Below, piece by piece: positions 7,951-18,115 of a DNA stretch of 64,000 nt (the first letter of the stretch is position 1; every line of letters starts with the position of its first letter). Origin of the DNA: a virus (taxonomy: Duplodnaviria > Caudoviricetes); the IMG/VR virus record IMGVR_UViG_3300030620_000004, positions 22,187 to 86,186 of that record. One strand, given 5' to 3'. A model generated the notes under the pieces. It did no database searches, was not told where the DNA came from, and was given only the letters and a program-made list of their open reading frames with translations. The position numbers and the translations under genes are program-made.

Positions 7951-9419
7951 GGCTTCTCTTTCCTGCTCGCACCCCAGAACAAGTCTGCGCCGCTTTCGGC
8001 TTCGTCTTGATCCGAAAACTTCACCTCGACACTTTTACCGCCGACGATCGAGCCGAACACCGGGTCCCAGGCGTGCTCGATCATGAGCGGCCACTTGCCG
8101 TGCCGCTGCTTGAGCACGAGCGAATAGATGAGGTCATCGGGCACATTCTTCCAAAGCGCAGGGCGATGCCAGCCGATGATTTGGTCTGGAACCTCGACCC
8201 ACGCGCCCGAGCCCTTGATCGTTTCACGACGCGGAAGCTTACTCTTGGTCGCCTCGACCTGCTTCACGTTCTGCTGCTGCACGAGCATCAAGTGGACGTT
8301 CAACTGCTTCGCTAGGTGCTGCATCGCCAGCAACGCCTGCTCTTCGTCATTCGGGTCCGTGTCCGACAACGTACGCTTGAACAGGTCTGCGATGTAGACG
8401 TCGCACCTCGAATCAATGATGCTCTGCGCAATCCGATCGAGCGCCCGCCCGTTCGGATTCCGAGCCTTGGTCGTGAACCCCTCGTACGGAATCTCGTCGA
8501 AGACCACGCGCTGGCCGATCTTCAGCATCGCCGCTTTGACGGCAGCAAGGTCGTCATCGCTGAACCGCCCCGTCATCAAGTCAGTTCGGCTGTAGCCGAG
8601 CTCGAACGCTGCGAGCAATTCGAGCGTCATCCCCGAGCCCTGCTCGAACGCTCCGTATGTGATGCGACGCCCCTCGTGGCACATGGTGAGCACGCCTCGC
8701 GCCGTCGCAGTCGTCTTGCCCGAGCCAGATACCCCCGTGACCACGGACAGCGTCCCGGGTGAAGTTCCCGGCACAAGGCGCGGATACCCCTCCAAGTCGA
8801 TGCGCTTGCCGTCGACCAGCTCGAAGTCCCCTGGTCCGTACACATCGAGGCCTGGGATGCCGACACCATAGGTCGCGACACCCTCGCGCCGTTGGTCGAT
8901 GATGTGCGCCTGCTCCTCTGCAAGCTGCACTGAATTTCGGAGCGAGCGGTTCACCCCGATGGCGAGGCCCGCTTCAATCTGCTTCGCCGCACTACGCAGC
9001 GTTGCAGGGTCGGCGCGCGGGTCCCGTAGAAGCTCGAGGAAGGTCGTCACTGGCCCGCGTGCCGTCGCGACACGCGCAGCATCCCAGCGCAGCATCTCAA
9101 CGTGGTGCTCCAAGTTGGGGGGTGCCAATGGGCGCTGGGCGATGAGCCCCTCGACGTACTGCACGTCGACCTCGGGCCCACCCAACTGCTTGAGCGTGGC
9201 GGGGTCGTAGTGCAGCCCCTTGCGGTCGAGCTGTTGCAGCGTGCGCCACAAAAGCGCGTGTCCCGTGCCAAACATCATCTCAGCCGACAGCGTCTGCAAG
9301 TAGCGTTTGCGCACCTGCTCGTCGACGATGACCGCTGCAATCACGACCATCTCGTTCACCGAGTCGTGCGGGATGCGAACCTTTTCGTCTTCAGGCTTTC
9401 GCTTGTCGGTGCGCTTCAT
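7947..9419 (-). CDS. DnaB-like replicative helicase
   Basis: N-terminal EMVVIAAVI; Walker A TGVSGSGKT; Walker B-like YIADL; IKGSGAWVEVPD; KQRHG. Confidence 0.88.
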   Translation of the reverse strand: MKRTDKRKPEDEKVRIPHDSVNEMVVIAAVIVDEQVRKRYLQTLSAEMMFGTGHALLWRTLQQLDRKGLHYDPATLKQLGGPEVDVQYVEGLIAQRPLAPPNLEHHVEMLRWDAARVATARGPVTTFLELLRDPRADPATLRSAAKQIEAGLAIGVNRSLRNSVQLAEEQAHIIDQRREGVATYGVGIPGLDVYGPGDFELVDGKRIDLEGYPRLVPGTSPGTLSVVTGVSGSGKTTATARGVLTMCHEGRRITYGAFEQGSGMTLELLAAFELGYSRTDLMTGRFSDDDLAAVKAAMLKIGQRVVFDEIPYEGFTTKARNPNGRALDRIAQSIIDSRCDVYIADLFKRTLSDTDPNDEEQALLAMQHLAKQLNVHLMLVQQQNVKQVEATKSKLPRRETIKGSGAWVEVPDQIIGWHRPALWKNVPDDLIYSLVLKQRHGKWPLMIEHAWDPVFGSIVGGKSVEVKFSDQDEAESGADLFWGASRKEKP

Positions 9420-9886
9420 GGGGTTCGACGTCGAGTGGTGCGTCGGCGCGCCTGCGCCACTCGGTAGTCGCTCAGCAACGGTCGACCAAACTGCAAGCGC
9501 CACCCAATCCGAAAGTCACTGTCGCGGTCGCGTTGGCTGTCCTTGTACTCCTCGCGCCGCCACGTCCAGCGCATGAAGTCGACCATCGAAAGTTGCTCGC
9601 CGCTGAACTCGTGCTTGAGCATGCGCATCGACGCGCCCACTGCCGGGCGGAACTGGTCTCGCACTTCGTCGGGCACCACCTTGTAGACGTGTTGGTGCAG
9701 CAAGCAGTAGAGCCCGACGAAGTGCTTCGGCGTGAACTCGCTCCACGCCTGCCGATCCTTCAGCGCATTCGTCTCCGTCAAGAGCTGCTCGAAGTCTCGC
9801 TTCGGCATCGCTCGTTTTTTCTGCGGACGCCGCTCAGGCTCGGGCTCCGTCCCGAAGTCAGTGAACTGCGTCTGCTTAACTGCCAT
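9416..9886 (-). CDS. Hypothetical protein
   Basis: 156-aa ORF, ATGA-coupled to the helicase. Confidence 0.6.
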   Translation of the reverse strand: MAVKQTQFTDFGTEPEPERRPQKKRAMPKRDFEQLLTETNALKDRQAWSEFTPKHFVGLYCLLHQHVYKVVPDEVRDQFRPAVGASMRMLKHEFSGEQLSMVDFMRWTWRREEYKDSQRDRDSDFRIGWRLQFGRPLLSDYRVAQARRRTTRRRTP

Positions 9887-10214
9887 GAAGTTCCTTCAAC
9901 CGACCGGAGTAGGTGACTCGCTTCATCTCGAAGTCGGCGTGCATCAATACCTCGACGAGCGCACGCGCACGCGAGTACACCTCGTGCGCCTTCTCGCCAT
10001 CGCGCACGTGCACCATCGCTTGCACCGGGCCGACTTCGAGCAACCCCCCGTTACCCATGGGGTACACCTCACGCCCGCTGGTCAACGTGAAGGAATCGCC
10101 CGCTCGAAGCCCATGGTCGAGCGCAATGGAAACCCGGGATTCCATGTCGCCTTCAACCACGGGCTCTGAGGAAACCGAGCTGCTCGTCGTCCTGCCTGTT
10201 CTTGTCGTCTTCAC
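9876..10214 (-). CDS. Hypothetical protein containing palindrome copy 2
   Basis: Fills the operon gap; the palindrome is read as MESRVSI. Confidence 0.55.
   Translation of the reverse strand: MKTTRTGRTTSSSVSSEPVVEGDMESRVSIALDHGLRAGDSFTLTSGREVYPMGNGGLLEVGPVQAMVHVRDGEKAHEVYSRARALVEVLMHADFEMKRVTYSGRLKELHGS
10126..10145. repeat. Dispersed palindrome copy 2
   Basis: ATGGAAACCCGGGATTCCAT. Confidence 0.95.
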
Positions 10215-11700
10215 GCTGCTCCTCTTCTCTGATGAATTGCTTCGCGTTCACCCAGTGCTCGCCATCAAGCACCTTGACCTTCGGCTTCCACCGCGAGATG
10301 TGGATCAACGGCCACAAGCCGAACACCTTGCGGTCCCAGAAATAGTACACGATGACCGCATCCTGCTCGACCTTGCCAGTCTCGGGTGACGGCCGTTCGT
10401 ATCGCCCAGTGAACTGGGCGAACTGTTGCTTGCCGCTCTTGCCTGCGCATGGTGCCGCAAAGATGCCGCGACTCACGAGCGGTAGGTCAAAGCCGACGCC
10501 GATCGCCTGATACGTGCCGACCGCTTGATTCAAACTGCATTCGCGCAACTCGCGTTCGGTCCGGTCGAACTCGTCGCGAGACTCGGCACCGCCGAGCAGC
10601 AAACCAGAGTCCCACCCACGCGCGAGGCTCATCGAGTTGAGCGTAGCGCAGTGCTCCCGATGCCACGCCAGCGTGATCGTCGGCTCACCCTCCTCGACGC
10701 ACCAGCCCAGCACCTCCATGACGAGCGCATTACGGGCCTTGTTCCCTTCGAGCTCAACCGTCAACCGCTGCTGATTGTGGCTCTGGGCCCGCTTGAGCGG
10801 CGCGAGCTCTGTGTACCAGGGAGCATCGAACTCCGTCGGAACCACTCGGATTTCAGCGTCGATGATGGCCCCCTGGGCAATCAAGGTTTCACGTGAAACC
10901 TCGAGCAGCACGGGGCCGAACACGTCGTGAACCAGGAACTCCTTCTTGTCCGAACGCCGTTCATCGGCCGTCAGCCCAACCCGGTACACCGCCTTCAACA
11001 CGTCGATGACATCGAAGAAGGTTGACGCCGCGAACCGCTGCGCCTCGTCACCGATGACGAGGCCGAAGACGTCGGCGTACTCATGTGCACAGTTTCGCAG
11101 TGTCTGCTGCATGCCGATGGTCAACGGCCTGATAACCCGCTTGTTGCCTCTGATGATTCCGACCTCATCGGCCTCGAGCCCCAAGTTCTTGAGCGCCCCA
11201 TCAACCCACTGCTTGAAGATGCGTTCCGTCGGAACGACGACGAGCGTCGCCAAATTGATCTCGGAGGCGATGGCAAAGCCCGTGGTAGTTTTTCCGCTTC
11301 CCTGGGGACTTCGGATGAGTGCCGTGCCACTCAAGCCAAGTTCGTGCGTGCAGACGCGCTTGATCTCCTCTTGGTACGGACGCAGTCGAATGCGATGCTC
11401 TGGGAGGGGACTCGCCAAGGGGCGCCCCATGCACTTCGCTCGGCGCACGCGGAGAGCGCCGAGCACGTCGCGCAGCTTGTCGAGCGCACCTCGTGGGACC
11501 GACAGCTCGCAGGTCGAAAGCTCCCAGCTGCGCAGCGTCTCCGGAACTCCCCGAGGTACGAACCCTCGAATCGCCTTGAGCTTGCGATACTCTGGATTGT
11601 CGTAGGTGAACTGCCGTTGCACCTTGAGGACCAACGCGACGCTCAACTGCGACAGCGGGATTCTGATGCGGTTGTCGATGAGGACTTGCACTTGCCTCAT
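10153..11700 (-). CDS. Superfamily 2 (DExH-box) helicase
   Basis: LRPYQ Q-motif; SPQGSGKT; IGDEAQ; GLTA; IGVGFDLP; QFTGRYER. Confidence 0.92.
   Translation of the reverse strand: MRQVQVLIDNRIRIPLSQLSVALVLKVQRQFTYDNPEYRKLKAIRGFVPRGVPETLRSWELSTCELSVPRGALDKLRDVLGALRVRRAKCMGRPLASPLPEHRIRLRPYQEEIKRVCTHELGLSGTALIRSPQGSGKTTTGFAIASEINLATLVVVPTERIFKQWVDGALKNLGLEADEVGIIRGNKRVIRPLTIGMQQTLRNCAHEYADVFGLVIGDEAQRFAASTFFDVIDVLKAVYRVGLTADERRSDKKEFLVHDVFGPVLLEVSRETLIAQGAIIDAEIRVVPTEFDAPWYTELAPLKRAQSHNQQRLTVELEGNKARNALVMEVLGWCVEEGEPTITLAWHREHCATLNSMSLARGWDSGLLLGGAESRDEFDRTERELRECSLNQAVGTYQAIGVGFDLPLVSRGIFAAPCAGKSGKQQFAQFTGRYERPSPETGKVEQDAVIVYYFWDRKVFGLWPLIHISRWKPKVKVLDGEHWVNAKQFIREEEQREDDKNRQDDEQLGFLRARG
10885..10900. 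promoter_or_regulatory. parS-like palindrome
   Basis: GGTTTCACGTGAAACC; the inner 14 bp equal the canonical parS core. Confidence 0.35.
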
Positions 11701-11761
11701 GATGCCGCTTTCTTTCTTCGGATCTAAAATGCACGGCAGCAGCCAAAGCGCGCTAGCGCTT

Positions 11762-11834
11762 GCGACGCGGCGGAGCCGCGTCGCCAAGGATGCTTTCAAA
11801 TCCTAGATCCCTTGCTGACTGAAACAGCAAGGGA
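11762..11834. promoter_or_regulatory. Two 10-bp hairpins upstream of the replication operon
   Basis: GCGACGCGGC/GCCGCGTCGC (11762-11784) and TCCCTTGCTG/CAGCAAGGGA (11808-11834). Function unknown. Confidence 0.4.
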
Positions 11835-11883
11835 CTCCGCGGTATAATAGGGGCGGTTTCGGTGGGTGGGTCGCGGAAAATGC

Positions 11884-12252
11884 TCAGCGTCGAGGAGGCC
11901 GCACACTCTCCCTGCGGACCTCTGGCAAGACGCTTTCGACGATGCGTTCCGCCTTTACGCGAGTCACTCGCGTCAGCACGTTCGTCTTGTCGTGCATGAG
12001 ATTGACGGCCATCGCAAGCTTGGCGTCGCCTCGCAAGCCAGCAAGCTCGCCTGCTCGGTGTTCGACCTCGAGCGCGCTCTGCTTGGCGAAGGTGCGCAAG
12101 GTGTGGCTGCGAAGCCACGCGACGAGCGCTGCGGTCGCTGCTGGCACCAGCACGATCAATGCTTGTGCAACGATGCTCTCCAGCTGCGAGTACGGGGTTG
12201 CTTCGTTGGGCGAGATCGACTGGTAGACGTAGAACATGCGAGTGGAGACCAT
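11884..12252 (-). CDS. Holin-like membrane protein (LL-H-like)
   Basis: One TM segment (ALIVLVPAATAALVAWL) followed by AKQSALEVE..GDAKL. Confidence 0.5.
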   Translation of the reverse strand: MVSTRMFYVYQSISPNEATPYSQLESIVAQALIVLVPAATAALVAWLRSHTLRTFAKQSALEVEHRAGELAGLRGDAKLAMAVNLMHDKTNVLTRVTRVKAERIVESVLPEVRRESVRPPRR

Positions 12253-12272
12253 GCGCCTATTCTAGCAGGGAA

Positions 12273-12292
12273 ATGGAAACCCGGGATTCCAT
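12273..12292. repeat. Dispersed palindrome copy 3
   Basis: ATGGAAACCCGGGATTCCAT, just upstream of an extended -10-like TGCTAGAAT (minus strand, 12259-12267). Confidence 0.95.
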
Positions 12293-12721
12293 TCACGGGT
12301 CGAGCGGCAAGCCTTCGAGCGGCGGGTTTCCTTGAGCCAGGTTTCGTCGCACGCGCTCGGCTGCCTGTCGCGCACGTGGACTGTGCTTGAAGTCTTCCGC
12401 CGAGCTCCCGGCAAGCATGATGAGCATGTAGTCGATGCGCGAACTGAGCTTGTCGATGGCTTCGCCCGTCTTCTCGTAGTTTCTGTCGAGCTGCTCGATC
12501 TTGGCTTCGACGCCCGCGTTGGTCTTCTCGTGCTGCTGCTGCGCTGCGGCCATCGCTGCGGTCGACGCTTCCTTGGCAATCTGCGTGACGTCCTCGTGGG
12601 TCGGCATCTTGGTCCACGCCACGATGACAGCAGCCACGAGCGCGATGACGCCGATCAAGTTCGTCGGCGTCAGCAGGATTGGCGTCTTCGCGGTGAACGG
12701 GCGTTCCGAGACTTGAGGCAC
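12293..12721 (-). CDS. Membrane protein with a coiled coil (holin/XhlA-like)
   Basis: TM LIGVIALVAAVIVAW followed by a heptad-rich segment. Confidence 0.5.
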   Translation of the reverse strand: MPQVSERPFTAKTPILLTPTNLIGVIALVAAVIVAWTKMPTHEDVTQIAKEASTAAMAAAQQQHEKTNAGVEAKIEQLDRNYEKTGEAIDKLSSRIDYMLIMLAGSSAEDFKHSPRARQAAERVRRNLAQGNPPLEGLPLDP

Positions 12722-12732
12722 GGGCAGCCCTT

Positions 12733-14448
12733 TCAAAGCCGGTAACCCAAGAGTTCCAGGTTGCTCGTGACCGCACTGAATTGCCACTGCCCGCCGAGCG
12801 GCGCACTCGACCCGCTTGACGCAGTCAGGCTTGCGATGCCGGTTCGGAGCAAGTTCGCCGCAGGTGCATCGGGGTCGAAGACGAGCGGCATCCAGCTCGT
12901 GTGCGTCACGAGCCGCTCGGGTACCACGGTGCCATCGCCGATGACACTCTGCTGCGGGTAGAGGTCCAGGTGCAGCAACGTCTCGTGCCTCGAGAAGAAG
13001 CCAAGGTTGTCGTAAGTCGCGCTTGGTGGCGGAGCTGCCACGAACGTCTCGACGGATGGCGGCGTCCACTGAAAGGCAATCCCGACCATGTTCTTGGGCA
13101 GGCCGAAGTCGTTGCTATCCCGGAGTATCGCGAGGTCCCACGTCATGAACTGGGTCTGCGCAACGGCCAGCTGAAACGTCAACAAGCGCTGTTGACCGGG
13201 TGAAAAGGTGTAACCCGCAGGGTACAAGACTTCACGCCCACAGCCCGCGCACGGCACCATGCTCGCGCCACCGCCCGCGTTCTGGATGACGTGGCCCATG
13301 AAGAGCATCACGCCGTTGGCAGTGCCCGTCAGCCCCGTCGACGCAGGCAGGCTCACATTCGCAGCGAGCCCGCGAGTGTCGACCTTCGTTTTGTCACTCA
13401 ACGTATTGCGACCTGCGACGAGGATTCCTCGAGGCCCGTAGGGCGCGCGAATCGAGAGGCTGGGGGCAGCACCTTCTGAGTAGCGACTCCACCGCGGTAG
13501 CCCATTGGGGAAGAGCGCGAAGAGAGGAATCGCGCCAGGGTCCGAGCCTCCACTGATGGGCCCGAGAATGCCGAGGTTGTTCGTCGCGTTCTCGGGGTCT
13601 GCAAAGTCGAACTTCACGTCACCCGTGCCCATCGCGCCAGTAGGCGTCGACTTCATCAGCTTACCGCCTGCGAGGTAGCCCCCGAAGGCGGACCAAGCTT
13701 CACCCGTCGCTTCCGACGCAACCACGCTGAAGTTGAAGTCGTAGGGCGTTCGGTTGTCGTGTCGCGTGACGCCCTGGCTGTTCTGCGTCGAGCGGTCCTG
13801 CCACAGCGGGCGGACATCCCAGAACGTCGCATCTGCCCACGTGAGCGCCCCGTCGGGCACCGATGCGACGACGAGCGGCAATGTGTTCGTCAACGCCGGC
13901 ATGCCCAACCCCGGCGTGCCTCGAATGATGGTGTAGCTCAGCCGCTTCGACACCACCTTGTTCACGGTCTGCGGCGTGAACAAGCCCGTTGCGGGATCGA
14001 AGATGTCTCGGTTGTCGGTCTCGAGCACCAGGTCGACGACGTCGGCGAGCACGACGTCGATGCGCCTGCTCCCGCTCGCGTTGGCGAGGAAGGTCAGCAC
14101 ACCCCCCGTCTGCAAGCCTGGGTCGTTCACCAGCTTGTACGGGTCGTCGTCGAGCCCTGGCGTCGCGTCTGGGTCCACCACCCCGAGGACCCCCGCATCG
14201 ACGAAGAGACTCGTCGGGTCGTCGACCTTCACGAACAAGCCGCCGAACACGTCGGCCACCATCGGCACCTGCCCGCCCGTGATCACGGGACTCGTGTGCC
14301 CAGGCCTGCTCGAGAAGTAGACGTCGGTGGATGCACGTGCCAGTTGCGCCGCTCGCGCCTGCCCGATCATGTCCTGCAACCGATTGTGATCGTTGCTGAT
14401 GACACGCTCGCGCGTGTTGAAGACTACTCGCTTTCCGCCGTTGGCCAT
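12733..14448 (-). CDS. Tail fibre/baseplate-distal virion protein, paralog 1
   Basis: 571 aa, downstream of baseplate genes; visibly paralogous to 14468-16171. Confidence 0.65.
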   Translation of the reverse strand: MANGGKRVVFNTRERVISNDHNRLQDMIGQARAAQLARASTDVYFSSRPGHTSPVITGGQVPMVADVFGGLFVKVDDPTSLFVDAGVLGVVDPDATPGLDDDPYKLVNDPGLQTGGVLTFLANASGSRRIDVVLADVVDLVLETDNRDIFDPATGLFTPQTVNKVVSKRLSYTIIRGTPGLGMPALTNTLPLVVASVPDGALTWADATFWDVRPLWQDRSTQNSQGVTRHDNRTPYDFNFSVVASEATGEAWSAFGGYLAGGKLMKSTPTGAMGTGDVKFDFADPENATNNLGILGPISGGSDPGAIPLFALFPNGLPRWSRYSEGAAPSLSIRAPYGPRGILVAGRNTLSDKTKVDTRGLAANVSLPASTGLTGTANGVMLFMGHVIQNAGGGASMVPCAGCGREVLYPAGYTFSPGQQRLLTFQLAVAQTQFMTWDLAILRDSNDFGLPKNMVGIAFQWTPPSVETFVAAPPPSATYDNLGFFSRHETLLHLDLYPQQSVIGDGTVVPERLVTHTSWMPLVFDPDAPAANLLRTGIASLTASSGSSAPLGGQWQFSAVTSNLELLGYRL

Positions 14449-14467
14449 GCCGTTCCTTCTGAGCCTT

Positions 14468-16171
14468 TTAGAGCTCGTAACCTAGCAGCAATACTATCGA
14501 GGTACCCGTGCCGTCGAACTTCCACAACGACGCCGCCGCCGGCATCGGTCCAGTCGACGGCACGTCGATGCCACACTCCAGACGCACCGGTGATTGCTCG
14601 TGCTGAATCGGCACTTCGACCTCGGGCCCTGCGTAGCTGATCAAGTCGACCGGCAGCACAGTACCGTCACCGAGTGCACGGTGCGACCACGAGCCACCCC
14701 ACTGCATGGCTTCCTGCTGCACGTAGAAGCCGATGCGCGCATAGTCGACTAGGGGCGGCGGTGAACCGACAGTCGTCGTGATCGGCGGCGGGTCCCATCG
14801 CAGCTTGACTCGACGCGCGTTGCGCGGACAGGCGATCTTGCCAGCGTCCCACCACTCCGTCTGCACGTTGTGAAAAATGAAGTTCGCCTGCGCAGCCCAC
14901 GTGCCTGTGAGCGTGTCCTCGACACGTATCTCGCTGCTCGGCCCCTCCTCTTGCGAGAACAGAATCCACCGCCCAGTGCCGAGCGAACGCACGGGGCTTC
15001 GATCGCCCGCTACCGTGTTTTGCACGTGCAGCATGTAAAGCAGCACGCCGTCGGCAGTGCCCGTTAACCCGGTGCTGGGAGGAATCTGTACGGCGCTGGC
15101 AAGCCCGTTCACGTCGACCTTGTTGTAGTCCTCGAAGCCCACCCGAGCGCGACCTGCGACGAGCAGCCCAGTCGTCCCGTAGGGCGCTCGAATCGCTAGC
15201 CCAGGCGCAGCACCTTCTGAGTATCGAGCCCACCTGGGAAGCCCACCCGGAAAGAGCAGGAACACCGGGTTCGCCCCGAGGTCGTCGGGCGGAGAGATCA
15301 ACCCGTTGAAGTTGTCGTTGGCAGTCGCGTTTGCCGGAGCGTCCGCGTCGAATACGACGTCGCCGAGCCCTGGCACGCTTGTCATCAGTCGGCCACCCAC
15401 CAGATACCCGTTCCACTCGGTGTACGCGAAGCCAAAGTGATCAGCAGAAACGTCCGCGTAGAAGTCGAAGTCGTAGTACCTGCGACGCTCGTTCTGCCGC
15501 TTGTAGTACGTGATGCGGTCGGCCACCAATGGGCGAACATCCCAGAACGTGACGTCGGCCCACGATGCGGTCCCGCTCGGCACCGACGCGACTGCCAGGG
15601 GAATCGTGTTCGTCAACGCCGGCAGGCCTGCCCCTGGAGTCCCCCGAAGAATGCTGTAGACCAAGCGCTTCGCAGTGACCTTGTTCAGCAACATTGGGGT
15701 GAACAGCCCGGTCGCTGTGTCGAACACGTCCCGGGTGTCGGTCTCGAGTACCTGGTTCGCCACGTCTGCCACCACGACGTCGATGCGCCTGCTTCCGCTC
15801 ACGTTGCCGAGCCACGGCAGGATGCCAGCGAGCGCCATGCCTGGGTCGTCGACGAGCTTATACGGGTCGTCGTCAGGACCCGGAGCCCCGTCGGGGTCGA
15901 TGACGCCGACGACGCCAGGGTCGACGAAGAGACTGCTCGCATTGTCGACCTTCACGAACAGCCCGCCGTAGACATCCGCGAGCATCGGAGTCTGGCCACC
16001 TGCACTGATCTGCGCAGCGTAGCCCGGCGTGCGCACGTTGTACTGGTCAGCATGTGACCGTGCCAGCTGCACCGCGCGCGCTTGCCCGACCATGTCCTGC
16101 AAGCGGTCATGGTCAGCACTGACGATTCGCTCGCGAACGTTGAACTCGACTCTTTTTCCGCCGTTGCTCAT
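14468..16171 (-). CDS. Tail fibre/baseplate-distal virion protein, paralog 2
   Basis: N-terminus MSNGGKRVEFNVRERIVSADHDRLQDM versus MANGGKRVVFNTRERVISNDHNRLQDM in paralog 1. Confidence 0.65.
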   Translation of the reverse strand: MSNGGKRVEFNVRERIVSADHDRLQDMVGQARAVQLARSHADQYNVRTPGYAAQISAGGQTPMLADVYGGLFVKVDNASSLFVDPGVVGVIDPDGAPGPDDDPYKLVDDPGMALAGILPWLGNVSGSRRIDVVVADVANQVLETDTRDVFDTATGLFTPMLLNKVTAKRLVYSILRGTPGAGLPALTNTIPLAVASVPSGTASWADVTFWDVRPLVADRITYYKRQNERRRYYDFDFYADVSADHFGFAYTEWNGYLVGGRLMTSVPGLGDVVFDADAPANATANDNFNGLISPPDDLGANPVFLLFPGGLPRWARYSEGAAPGLAIRAPYGTTGLLVAGRARVGFEDYNKVDVNGLASAVQIPPSTGLTGTADGVLLYMLHVQNTVAGDRSPVRSLGTGRWILFSQEEGPSSEIRVEDTLTGTWAAQANFIFHNVQTEWWDAGKIACPRNARRVKLRWDPPPITTTVGSPPPLVDYARIGFYVQQEAMQWGGSWSHRALGDGTVLPVDLISYAGPEVEVPIQHEQSPVRLECGIDVPSTGPMPAAASLWKFDGTGTSIVLLLGYEL

Positions 16172-18114
16172 CAGAAACACCCAAGTTCTTCGATGTAGAG
16201 GTCGAAGGGGACACCCGCCGGCCTCACGTTGTCGACGGCTTCATAAATTCGAGCGTACACCGAATTGGAACCAAGCGCAGTGCCGTCGTAGAAGTTGAGC
16301 AGCACGTTCGTGTCGAACGCATTGTTCGGCGCCAAGTCGTAGAACATGCCGAAGTCCTGCAGGAGCACCCGCGGCACGCCGACAAGGAAAAACCCGCGGA
16401 ACTCGCGCAAGCTCAGGTACACGTAGAACCGGTGTTGCGGGAGCAACCCAGGCCCTACCGTCACGATCGTCTGCTCGAAGCCGCTCACGTGCCCCCGCAA
16501 GACCTGCCCTGGCGCAAACCCCGGGCCTCGCACCCGCACCACCCCTCGGAACACTTGCTGCGTCGTGCCCACCACGTAGTCGAACTGGGCAATACCCGTC
16601 GTGATCACGCCGTCCGTGTTCACCGTCGAGACCAGCTCGCCCGGGATGAACCCGGGACTGCTACCCACCAAGGGGAACCCTGGCGAGAGACTGTTCAGGC
16701 TGTAGAAGTTGGTGTTGAAAAACGGCGCTGGGTTATCGAAGAAGCCGTTGTCGCCAGCATCGAAGAATGCGGCGTACTCGCTGTCGAACAAGTTCCCGCC
16801 AAGCATCGCCATCTCGACAAGGTCGAGGTCGTACGCGAACGGCAGCTGGTTCGGCGCCCCGTCGTAGAACATCCCAGGAAGCAACGGCCTGCCGACTTCA
16901 CGGAGACACACCTCCTCGCCGAGCGGCTCGAGCACCTTGTTGCCTGCCCGAATGACGGCACCGGGTGACACGACGTCGGCTGGCACCGCGATGCGCCGCC
17001 TGTACTCGTCGTCACTCTCGCCCGTGAAGCGAGGCAATCCGCGTTCGTTACCGAGCTCGTCGAGAAACCCGCATTCCCCGCCCGTCGGGAAGGTCTCGTT
17101 CGTCACCGAAACCGTCAAGTCTTCGAACCAGCGCATGATGCGCCACCCCGCTGAACTCACTTCCGGCACGAGCGTCTCGTTCTGCTCTTTGCCCGTCACC
17201 GTAGCGGTCGCACCAAGCTCGCCTTGAATCGGGTCAACCCCGTTGAATGTGCCGTTCGTTCGCAGGATGACGAGCCGCCCGCCGTAGAGCGAGATGAACT
17301 GCCCTTCTGCACCGCTCGCCGGCTGCGAGATGCGCTCACCCGGCGCGAACGTCCCGACGAGCCCCGTGATCGTCAAGATGAGCTCGGCTGCAAGGTTGAA
17401 CACTCCGCCGTGCGGGAGCGTCGGGTTCGGGTTCTCGATCCCGACGATGCGGCGGTACTGCCCTGTGTTCGCACCCAGCGTGAAGAGCAGGTACTGCCCA
17501 ACGTGCTTCGTGATTGGAACGTCGGGAAAGATGGTCGCGATCACGCGGTTCGTCGAGCCCGAGCCATTCTCGACTGTGGCCGCTAGGTTGTTGAACCCGA
17601 CGCCAGGCTGAAGAATCGTCCGGAGCGTCTCTGGTTCCGGACGGTTGTAGCCCGGCCCTGGGTTTACAGCGACGACTCTGATCTCGATGGGCCCTGCTTC
17701 ACCGACGCCAAAGGCCGCGGGCTCCTCGACGATGTACAGCCGGTTCGTCGTCACGTCCTGAGGCCCGTGCTCGCCGTAGTCGTTCAGACGGTGCTGCACC
17801 AGTATCTCACCCGGCGTGAAGAAAAGCGGAACCTCGAAGTGTCCTGTGCGAGTTCCGGTCAAGATCGTGCGGGCGAAGCGGACGCCCGACGCTGGGGGTC
17901 CCGTCTGCCCACTCCACGGCAGGATGAACATGCCCTGTGTGTTGCCGTCGACCTGTCGACTCACCACGGCAAACTGCTCCGCCGCCTGCTCGATGACCTC
18001 GATGTTCGAGTCCGGCTTTTCGAGCAGCGGCTTGTTGTACTCGCGGTCCGTCACCGAGCGCCAAAGCTCCATGAGCTCGGCGCGTGTTAACGGCCCTGTT
18101 TTGATGTGCGGCAT
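16171..18114 (-). CDS. Baseplate wedge-type protein
   Basis: Follows baseplate J; contains LDELGNERGLPRFTGESDDEYRRRI. Confidence 0.6.
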   Translation of the reverse strand: MPHIKTGPLTRAELMELWRSVTDREYNKPLLEKPDSNIEVIEQAAEQFAVVSRQVDGNTQGMFILPWSGQTGPPASGVRFARTILTGTRTGHFEVPLFFTPGEILVQHRLNDYGEHGPQDVTTNRLYIVEEPAAFGVGEAGPIEIRVVAVNPGPGYNRPEPETLRTILQPGVGFNNLAATVENGSGSTNRVIATIFPDVPITKHVGQYLLFTLGANTGQYRRIVGIENPNPTLPHGGVFNLAAELILTITGLVGTFAPGERISQPASGAEGQFISLYGGRLVILRTNGTFNGVDPIQGELGATATVTGKEQNETLVPEVSSAGWRIMRWFEDLTVSVTNETFPTGGECGFLDELGNERGLPRFTGESDDEYRRRIAVPADVVSPGAVIRAGNKVLEPLGEEVCLREVGRPLLPGMFYDGAPNQLPFAYDLDLVEMAMLGGNLFDSEYAAFFDAGDNGFFDNPAPFFNTNFYSLNSLSPGFPLVGSSPGFIPGELVSTVNTDGVITTGIAQFDYVVGTTQQVFRGVVRVRGPGFAPGQVLRGHVSGFEQTIVTVGPGLLPQHRFYVYLSLREFRGFFLVGVPRVLLQDFGMFYDLAPNNAFDTNVLLNFYDGTALGSNSVYARIYEAVDNVRPAGVPFDLYIEELGCF

Positions 18115-18115
18115 G

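Noticed and set aside
11843-11848. Plus-strand TATAAT
   Set aside because: No matching -35 element and no credible plus-strand gene downstream.
12733-16171. Diversity-generating retroelement acting on the paralogous tail genes
   Set aside because: No reverse transcriptase and no near-identical TR/VR pair with adenine-specific differences were seen.
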